From Desulfobulbaceae bacterium (GTDB lineage Bacteria > Bacteroidota > Ignavibacteria > Kapaibacteriales > UBA2268): a stretch of DNA of 64,000 nucleotides. Shown here one piece after another: positions 29,942 through 37,633 of the stretch. The stretch covers positions 88,868 to 152,867 of the forward strand of contig JAGXRP010000082.1 of the NCBI GenBank assembly GCA_018335795.1, read 5' to 3'. Numbering within the stretch: position 1 is the first letter of the stretch; each line of letters begins with the position of its first letter. The position numbers and the translations under genes are program-made. The notes under the pieces were generated by a model, which saw nothing but the letters and a program-made list of their open reading frames with translations, was not told the origin of the DNA and searched no databases.

Positions 29942-30603
29942 ATTGGTGATTTCCTACTTTTATGTACAATGAATAAGTAATAAATATCTAACAGCAGTAC
30001 CACTGTTGTGATGAACATCAGAAAATAATTTTCGTTCCAATGCCAAACCAATGCAACTGAAATTAGTCCTGTTCCAAGCATCTTGTACCAAGCAACCTGT
30101 ATTGAGAAGAGCGATTTATCGTCTTGATTGACAAATAGGAAAATGTATAATGCGGAAATCATGATATTGTCGAGGTATGCTGAAATTGTTCCAATTTCTG
30201 TATCGTATCCGGCATTTTTAAATGTATAGAAAAATATCAATCCAAAAATGACTGTAATGATAGCTATTATTTTAGAATTATCACGAAAGAATTGGTTTTG
30301 GAACTGTTTGTAGCCATATTTCAAAATTCCCCAAAATATGAAACAATCAAAGAAAAACCACAAACTATATCCAATTTGAATCGAAGTTCCCATGTAGTCA
30401 CCAACAGAGCTACCGAATGGGAAGCTCCATATGAATTCCCATGCGATATTAAGACTTACAACGATTAGGGGAATCTCCACAAATTGTTTGCTTTTAATAT
30501 TTTTTATATAAATTATATATGTGAGCAGCCAAAAGATGCATCCAATAATGAAAAGAATCATTTGGGACAGATTCAAATTTTGAAGATTGAGCAAATTATC
30601 CAT
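29938..30603 (-). CDS. PaxB/Pyr4-like integral membrane terpene cyclase homolog
   Basis: 221 aa, about seven TM; FW..TY, EIP.....LNIAWEF, WFFFD, K..GT and C-terminal LLDIYY match the family pattern, including the acidic Glu and Asp. Confidence 0.75.
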   Translation of the reverse strand: MDNLLNLQNLNLSQMILFIIGCIFWLLTYIIYIKNIKSKQFVEIPLIVVSLNIAWEFIWSFPFGSSVGDYMGTSIQIGYSLWFFFDCFIFWGILKYGYKQFQNQFFRDNSKIIAIITVIFGLIFFYTFKNAGYDTEIGTISAYLDNIMISALYIFLFVNQDDKSLFSIQVAWYKMLGTGLISVALVWHWNENYFLMFITTVVLLLDIYYLFIVHKSRKSPI

Positions 30604-30606
30604 TTC

Positions 30607-31770
30607 TTACCTCTTTTTAAATAATGATTGCAAATGATTATCTAATTGCCAATCTTTACGAAGACTTGGAGGGATATAAATACCGGTATCTTCGCCCTCA
30701 GAAATGTATTTTTCTAATCCTATTAAGAGTTTCATATTCACATAATGCGAAGTAATTTTTGAAATAAATCCTCTACTTTCGAACTTCAACAACCATATTC
30801 CTAATATAAATGAGATAACAGCTATAGGATTGTAAAATTTCGGGGTCCGTACTCCGACAATCTTTGTAGTATTATCCCCCAAAAGTCTGTGCATCATTAT
30901 CGGAATAACATCGTATAAATATTTTTCGTGCAATATCTCATCTAAAAATTCTACTAATAGATTAGTGAGGTCACTACCTGCTGTCGTGGGTTCAAAATGT
31001 CTTTCCGTAATCATTTTCCAAGTTTGTAGAGCAGAATGATAATCATGAGGCATCAATTTCTCGTCAATACCAATAAGAAATCCGACGCATTTCCACAAAT
31101 GCAAAATAGCGTCCTTTTCATTTACTGAAATTTTGAAGCCAAGATGCTCCATTCCTTCGATAACTACACATGAAAATGCAAGCATAGTTCCCAACAAATC
31201 TTCTTGATTAATGGGATAGCCGTAATGAGCAGCATCATATTCGATTCTTCCACGCTTGACTTCTCGCATAAAATAATATCTGATTGAAGCGTGCATCAGT
31301 CTAACTTTGAGAGAAGTTGCAATTCCTCTGCCATTTTCTTCCAACCCACCCGGCGACATAACATCAAGCACAAACTGTGCTGTTTGGGCTACTCGTCGTC
31401 TGGTATGTTCTGTAAGGCGTCCTGTTTTGTACAAAACTTCGGCACCCTTTCCACAAGCATAACATTCAGGAAGTGATTTACAAAAATAAGAAATTACGAA
31501 AACAGGACCTATACGAGTGAAAGCTTCTTGCGCCAATTTAATTTTTTCTATATCAGCCCATGCCGGTAGTGCGGAATTTTCATTAATGTAATCAGTAAAG
31601 TCTGTGGGGATGTCAGGTTTGTGTATTTGGTTGTTGTAAACCAATGATTTGAAGAAAATATTAATTTGAGATAATTCATGTTTCTCGACAACCTGCGCTA
31701 TGAAATCATCAGCATGAGCGTCTCCGCATTTTCTGGCATCGTCGAGAATATCATTTGTAATCTGCGCCAA
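30607..31770 (-). CDS. DUF2236 / MpaB / latex-clearing-protein-like heme oxygenase
   Basis: GD..AD, LPAWAD...I..AQ..F, SLPECY, RR..QT..F, KVRLMHASIR, PINQEDLLGT, HLW...G..IG. TTG start at 31770 follows AGGAG (ORF track gives 31803). Confidence 0.88.
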   Translation of the reverse strand: MAQITNDILDDARKCGDAHADDFIAQVVEKHELSQINIFFKSLVYNNQIHKPDIPTDFTDYINENSALPAWADIEKIKLAQEAFTRIGPVFVISYFCKSLPECYACGKGAEVLYKTGRLTEHTRRRVAQTAQFVLDVMSPGGLEENGRGIATSLKVRLMHASIRYYFMREVKRGRIEYDAAHYGYPINQEDLLGTMLAFSCVVIEGMEHLGFKISVNEKDAILHLWKCVGFLIGIDEKLMPHDYHSALQTWKMITERHFEPTTAGSDLTNLLVEFLDEILHEKYLYDVIPIMMHRLLGDNTTKIVGVRTPKFYNPIAVISFILGIWLLKFESRGFISKITSHYVNMKLLIGLEKYISEGEDTGIYIPPSLRKDWQLDNHLQSLFKKR

Positions 31771-31943
31771 TTTAGTCACTCCTAATAATATAGCAAAGTA
31801 CAAAAATAAACCAAAATGTCGCCATTTCCAATTAATTTATATTAACATTTCAACATCTAATTAACATTAATAAAGTTTATGTGAACTTTATATTTATAAC
31901 GGGTTAAATGCGGCATTATACGTTACAAATCTGTTTCAATATG

Positions 31944-34232
31944 TTACAATTTAACACCTAAAATTGTAATATCGTCAATTTGGTTTTTGTTACCCTGATG
32001 AGCAGCCAATTCGCGAATTAATATCTCATGTTGATTTTTGAGGGGTTTCGTAGATATATTTTTCAGAAGTTCATGGAATTTTTTTGTCCCGAATTTTTTA
32101 CCTTCTTCATTCATTTGGTCTGCGTATCCGTCTGTCGTTAAATATATTACCATTCCATCACGAATCGGACATTCGTATGACTTATATTCATAGTCTAAAT
32201 TATTCAAGTATCCGGCAATACCTTTGCGGTCTGTTTTGATAATCTCGAGTTCCTTATCAAAAATATAAAGTGGTCTGCCGGCACCCGAAAATTGCATTTT
32301 TTCCTTATGAATTGCAAGCAATGCTATTTCCATTCCATCTCGAGATGTGTTCTCATAATCTCTCTGGTGCAAAATCTCAGTAACTTTCTTATTAATGTGC
32401 TGCAAAATTTCTGAGGTATTTGTGAGTTTCTTACTAACGACAGCATCATCGAGTGCTGTGTTGGCAATTACAGCTAACATCGAACCGGGTACTCCGTGTC
32501 CTGTGCAATCTACAGCTGCCACAAATTTTATACCGTTAACATTTTGGTACCAATAGCAATCCCCAGATACAATTGCTTTGGGTATATAAATCGAAAAATG
32601 CTCCTTGAAAGCATTAATAAGTGTATTTTCCCATGGTAGCAGTGCGTTCTGGATTGATGATGCATAACGAATTGATGAAAAAACATGCTCATTCATTTCT
32701 TCAAGGCTCGCTCTTTGAATCTCAATTTCTTGATTTTGGGATGTTAATTTTTCGCTTAACTTCTTCTTTTCTCTAAATCTAAAGTATATTGTTGTCAACA
32801 AAATTATGAGGAAGAATACGCTGCCAAACAATATTGATTTGTACAAATCATTGATATGGTCAATGGCTTCCAAACTTTTGATTCTTTCATCTTTTAGTTG
32901 GATGTCACGTTCGGCAATTGATTCTGAAGCTTTCTTATTTTCAGAAGAAAATATACTGTCCTGCATAGTCTTATGCTTCTTAAAAGACTCGTATGCTACT
33001 TGATAATCACCCAACAATTCACAAACTAAGGCTAATTTTTCGTGATAATAAGATAATTTATGAATGTCGTCTAATTCAGTCAAAGTGCTTATGGCTTTAT
33101 TAAGGTAAAAATAGCTTTTATTCAAGATTGACTTTTTCAAATCATCATTCAAAATATTAGATATATTATTTGTGTCACCATTTGGGTATAGGACTTGATT
33201 CAGATAGGTAGTCCCGATATTTCCATAGTTGGTAGCTCTACCATTTATATTGTCAATTTTTTCGTTTATTTCGAGAGCTTTATGAAAATATTTAAGCGAT
33301 TCTTCATAATTACCAATTTTTTGTTGAACGTCACCCAAGTTGCTGTAATTATTGGCAATTGAACGTTGATTGCCAATTTGTAAATTAATTTTGAGAGATT
33401 CTTTGAAAAATTCATTCGCAAGTTTGTATTCATTTTGGTGAGTATAAATTACACCAATATTATTGATATTGTTAGCTAAATTGACTTTTCTTCCTAATTC
33501 AGCATTAATATCTCTAGCTTTCAGGTAATACTCAATTGCTTTGTCAAAAATATTTTGTCGAGAATAAATCAATCCAATATTCTCCAAATTATTAGCTACA
33601 CCAACTTTCCTTCCAATTTCTTCATTAACATTTAGAGATTGAATATAATTTTCGATTGCTTTACTATAATTCAATTTATTTCGATAAATATTTCCGATAT
33701 TGTATAAATTACTCGCAATAGCATTCTTTTTTCCTAATTCTTGATTAATTTTCAAAGCCTTTTCATAATATTCAAGAGATTTATCGTAATCAAAATCTCT
33801 GGAATACATAATTGCAATGTTATTGTAATTTGTGGCAATTCCACTTTTGTACTGAATACGTCTATTGATTGCAATAGATTTTTCGAAATAATCGAGAGCT
33901 TTCTCATTTTCCGATAGCGACATGTAGTTAGTACCAATGGCATTATATGCTTCGGAAATACCTTTGTCCCATTTAATTTTGCTTGCTAAATTATAAGCCA
34001 TTTTACCATAATAAACACCATTCTGGGGGTCTATTCCTTGGTAGCTGAACGATAATTGAGCCAATAATATTACTCCTGTCGAATCATCACGCAAATTTGT
34101 TACCTCGTTCAACAAGGAATCTATCCTCAGTTGCCCCTGGACTTGAGATAGTGCAACTTGATTACTGAGTAATGAAAATGAAAACATTAGCAATATAAAT
34201 ATTAATCTCATAAATTCTTTTATTCCAATCAA
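31944..34232 (-). CDS. TPR-domain membrane sensor with SpoIIE/RsbU-type PP2C phosphatase (start probably ATG about 34211)
   Basis: Signal peptide, regular 40-aa TPR repeats (A.N..NIG.IY), TM, VSGDCYW, DCTGHGVPG, TTDGYADQ, QIDDIT. Confidence 0.9.
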   Translation of the reverse strand: MIGIKEFMRLIFILLMFSFSLLSNQVALSQVQGQLRIDSLLNEVTNLRDDSTGVILLAQLSFSYQGIDPQNGVYYGKMAYNLASKIKWDKGISEAYNAIGTNYMSLSENEKALDYFEKSIAINRRIQYKSGIATNYNNIAIMYSRDFDYDKSLEYYEKALKINQELGKKNAIASNLYNIGNIYRNKLNYSKAIENYIQSLNVNEEIGRKVGVANNLENIGLIYSRQNIFDKAIEYYLKARDINAELGRKVNLANNINNIGVIYTHQNEYKLANEFFKESLKINLQIGNQRSIANNYSNLGDVQQKIGNYEESLKYFHKALEINEKIDNINGRATNYGNIGTTYLNQVLYPNGDTNNISNILNDDLKKSILNKSYFYLNKAISTLTELDDIHKLSYYHEKLALVCELLGDYQVAYESFKKHKTMQDSIFSSENKKASESIAERDIQLKDERIKSLEAIDHINDLYKSILFGSVFFLIILLTTIYFRFREKKKLSEKLTSQNQEIEIQRASLEEMNEHVFSSIRYASSIQNALLPWENTLINAFKEHFSIYIPKAIVSGDCYWYQNVNGIKFVAAVDCTGHGVPGSMLAVIANTALDDAVVSKKLTNTSEILQHINKKVTEILHQRDYENTSRDGMEIALLAIHKEKMQFSGAGRPLYIFDKELEIIKTDRKGIAGYLNNLDYEYKSYECPIRDGMVIYLTTDGYADQMNEEGKKFGTKKFHELLKNISTKPLKNQHEILIRELAAHQGNKNQIDDITILGVKL

Positions 34233-34413
34233 ATTTATTTAACTTACAAATGTAATAAAGGATTCTATCGAATCCTAATGAAATCGTCAATTATTATATT
34301 AAATAATGTTCATTATTAGAGATTAGGAGTATCAAAGTAAGTCATAGCCACATATATGTTTTATGTCTATCTAATATTGAATAAGTAAACATAAGGCTTC
34401 TTGGTATTTATAT

Positions 34414-34444
34414 AAAAAAAAAGGGAGCATTTGCTCCCTTAAAA
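34414..34444 (-). terminator. Terminator of the aspC-pckA operon
   Basis: aagggagca/tgctccctt stem; the A run gives a U tract on the minus strand. Confidence 0.75.
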
Positions 34445-34459
34445 TTACTTTGAAATGCT

Positions 34460-36115
34460 TTATTGCTTTTTGTCTATCCGAGTAGGTCCGGCGTTCCGAA
34501 CTGAATCAGGACAGCCTTCTGCAAACAGTTTGAAATTCTCAATATAACGAGCAGCGAGACTGTCGTATTTGTTCCAATATTCGTCTTTATTGCCCCAAGC
34601 ATTTGATGGTTCCAATACGTCTTCGGGGACTTCGGGACATGACAAAGGCACTTTGAATCCGAATACTTTATCAGTTCTGAATTCCGCATTATCCAGTTTT
34701 CCATCAAGAGCTGCATTGAGTAAGTTTCTGGTATGGCGAATACTTATTCGTTTGCCGACACCAAACTTTCCACCAACCCATCCGGTATTAACCAACCAAC
34801 ATTTTGTACCGTGCATTTCCATTTTCTTACGAAGCAAATCAGCGTAATAGAATGGATGATGTACCATAAATGGCGCTCCAAAACATGCACTGAAAGTGAT
34901 TTCGGGTTCGATTCCAAGTCCGATTTCAGTTCCGGCAATTTTTGAAGTATATCCACTTATGAAATGGTACATTGCTTGTTCCATATCCAACAGTGCGATT
35001 GGAGGCAAAACGCCTGTCGCATCGCAAGTTAGGAAAATAATATTTTTCGGATGTGAATAAGCCATTTTTTCTTCGACCACATTAGGAATGAAATCCAATG
35101 GATATGAAGCGCGAGTATTTTCAGTCAACTTATCATCATCGAGGTCAATTTTGCGAGTAGCATTGTCATAAACAACGTTTTCTAAGATAGTGCCGAAACG
35201 TTTTGTGCAATCGTGAATTTGCGGTTCGTGTTCAGCGGAAAGTCTGATAACTTTAGCATAGCATCCACCCTCGAAATTGAAGACACCGGAATCGCTCCAA
35301 CCGTGTTCGTCATCACCAATAAGTTGGCGATTAGGGTCTGCTGATAAAGTTGTCTTGCCTGTGCCGGATAATCCAAAGAAAAGAGCGACATCTTTCATTT
35401 TGCCAACGTTTGCCGAGCAATGCATCGCCATAACTTCTTGCAGTGGCAACAGATAATTCATTACCGTAAATACAGATTTTTTGATTTCGCCTCCATAGCT
35501 TGAACCGAGTACAAGCCCGATGCGAGAAGCAAAGTTCAACACTATTGCAGTTTCGCTTCTTGTACCGTCAATTCTTGGGTCGCAGCTAAATTTTGGAGCA
35601 GCTATCATCGTAAATTCAGGAATATGCTTTTTATATTCATCACGAGATTTAGGCAAAATAAACATATTGCGAGCAAAAAGACTTTGCCAAGCATGAGTTG
35701 TGATTATTCTAACCGGTAGTTTGTAATCAGGGTCTGCACCTGCATAACAATCTTGTACAAAAAGTTCTTCACCTTCGAGAAATGCTTGTAATCTGGAGAA
35801 TAGAACCCCAAATTTTTCTGCCGAATATGGACGATTATAGACGCCCCACCAAATGTTATCATGATTTTCGGATTCGCTAACGATAAACTTATCGTTTGCA
35901 GCACGAGCCGTCCATTTGCCGGTATGAACTACAAGTGGACCGCCATCGGTTACGTGTGCTTCACCACGAAAAACTGATTCTTCGTATAATGCAGAGGAAG
36001 GTAAATTCCAAAAAACTCTGTCAAGATTTATAAGTCCGTGATTGCTCAATTTATAGTCGGACGCAAGTTCTCCGGCTTGTTTTACTGCCGGTGTATCAAA
36101 TTCTAAGTATTTCAT
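34460..36115 (-). CDS. pckA: Phosphoenolpyruvate carboxykinase (ATP)
   Basis: YGGEIKK, MHCSAN, FFGLSGTGKTTLSADP, LIGDDEHGW, NFEGGCYAK, TENTRASYP; ATG 36115 overlaps the upstream stop. Confidence 0.97.
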   Translation of the reverse strand: MKYLEFDTPAVKQAGELASDYKLSNHGLINLDRVFWNLPSSALYEESVFRGEAHVTDGGPLVVHTGKWTARAANDKFIVSESENHDNIWWGVYNRPYSAEKFGVLFSRLQAFLEGEELFVQDCYAGADPDYKLPVRIITTHAWQSLFARNMFILPKSRDEYKKHIPEFTMIAAPKFSCDPRIDGTRSETAIVLNFASRIGLVLGSSYGGEIKKSVFTVMNYLLPLQEVMAMHCSANVGKMKDVALFFGLSGTGKTTLSADPNRQLIGDDEHGWSDSGVFNFEGGCYAKVIRLSAEHEPQIHDCTKRFGTILENVVYDNATRKIDLDDDKLTENTRASYPLDFIPNVVEEKMAYSHPKNIIFLTCDATGVLPPIALLDMEQAMYHFISGYTSKIAGTEIGLGIEPEITFSACFGAPFMVHHPFYYADLLRKKMEMHGTKCWLVNTGWVGGKFGVGKRISIRHTRNLLNAALDGKLDNAEFRTDKVFGFKVPLSCPEVPEDVLEPSNAWGNKDEYWNKYDSLAARYIENFKLFAEGCPDSVRNAGPTRIDKKQ

Positions 36116-37329
36116 AACCAATCCCTCACTAATTTTCTTTCACCTATATATAATTCATTTGGAGCATTGGGGTCCAAAGCCCATTTTATTCTTTCAATTC
36201 CTTCCGTAATTTCACGCACAGTGCCGCATGTTGATAGTCGGAGAAAGCCATCTAAGCCGAATTCGATACCGGGCATTGTAAGCACTCTTACTTTGTCCAA
36301 TAAGAATTTAGATAATTTTGTGGAATCTTTTTGATAATAACTGAAATCGGCGAAACAATAGAATGTTCCGTCAGGCTTGTAGGCTTTTACACCATCGAAG
36401 GAATTAAGCCTATCCATCATTATATTTCTGTTATTTTCCAGAGTCAATCTAAGGCTTTCGACTGATGACTGCACTCCATTAATAGCAGCAACGGCTGCTA
36501 TTTGTGTAATTGCCGATGGACCCGAAGTCTGATGAGCCTGAATATTTGTCATAGCACTAATCAATCTTTTATTTCCTATAGTCCAACCAATTCTGAATCC
36601 TGTCATGGCATATTGCTTCGAAACTCCGTTAATCACGATAAGCTTAGAATTTTCAGAAGTATCCTTTGCATAATTGTAGCAATTAAGAGGCTTTTTCCCA
36701 TCAAAAATCAAACGATGGTAAATATCATCCATAATCAACCAAATCCCACGCTTCTCGCAAAATTCGACGATTTCGGCTATGAATTGCTCCGGATACATAG
36801 CTCCGGTCGGGTTGTTGGGGCTGTTGATGATGATACATTTTGTATATGAAGTAACTCTTTGTTCAATGTCTTGCAATCGCGGATAAAAAGAACCGTCTTC
36901 GGCAAGTACCGGTACAGGAACTCCTCCAATCAACTTGACCATTTCCGGATAACTAACCCAATACGGAGCCGGAAAGATTACCTCTTCTTGTGGATTGAGA
37001 ATAGCTTGGAGTGCAACCATGATAGATTGCTTTGCCCCGCTTGAAGCTATTACATTTTCGGGTTCGACTTTCCTGTTATAAAATTCTTCGGTGTATCTGA
37101 TAATTGCTTTTTTTAGAGCAGGTATGCCGTCAGCAGGAGTATAGCGAATCTCTCCTGAATTGACAAATCCTGCAACTGCCATTAATGCTTCAACGGGAGC
37201 TTTTGTTTTAGGCTCTCCTCCACCGAGATGAATAACCGGTTCTCCTTTTTGTTTCAGGATTGCAGCTGTCTCATTCAACTTGAGTGTTGCCGATACACTG
37301 ACTGATTTTCCGATTAAACTTAAACTCAT
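36112..37329 (-). CDS. aspC: PLP-dependent class I/II aminotransferase (aspartate aminotransferase-like)
   Basis: YT..DGI..L, PAPYWVSY, NSPNNPTG, DDIY, SKQYAMTGFRIG. Confidence 0.85.
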   Translation of the reverse strand: MSLSLIGKSVSVSATLKLNETAAILKQKGEPVIHLGGGEPKTKAPVEALMAVAGFVNSGEIRYTPADGIPALKKAIIRYTEEFYNRKVEPENVIASSGAKQSIMVALQAILNPQEEVIFPAPYWVSYPEMVKLIGGVPVPVLAEDGSFYPRLQDIEQRVTSYTKCIIINSPNNPTGAMYPEQFIAEIVEFCEKRGIWLIMDDIYHRLIFDGKKPLNCYNYAKDTSENSKLIVINGVSKQYAMTGFRIGWTIGNKRLISAMTNIQAHQTSGPSAITQIAAVAAINGVQSSVESLRLTLENNRNIMMDRLNSFDGVKAYKPDGTFYCFADFSYYQKDSTKLSKFLLDKVRVLTMPGIEFGLDGFLRLSTCGTVREITEGIERIKWALDPNAPNELYIGERKLVRDWL

Positions 37330-37633
37330 TGTTCACCTTTGTTTATTGTGAATTTAATTTAAAACACCTATTTAAAAGACTTTTTTCATAAAATCATTTT
37401 TTAAACTACAAACTTAGCTAAAAATAACATATTATGTCACAATAAAAAAACATTTTCAATGTTTTATGTACGTTTCATGTCACAATGTTACATTGTTAAC
37501 TTATTATTTTAGCATAATCTAATAAATATGTTAGCATCAAGAAAATGCTATAAAATCTATTAATAAGTTTTGAACAAATGTAAATTTTTGTTAATTTTAC
37601 CAAATTTGAAAAATTACATTTGGATATTGTATA

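Noticed and set aside
26115-34232. Anti-phage defence island reading of the TPR-phosphatase cluster
   Set aside because: The proteins have signal peptides, TM helices and RsbU-type domains typical of envelope signalling; no nuclease, NTPase or kinase effector is present.
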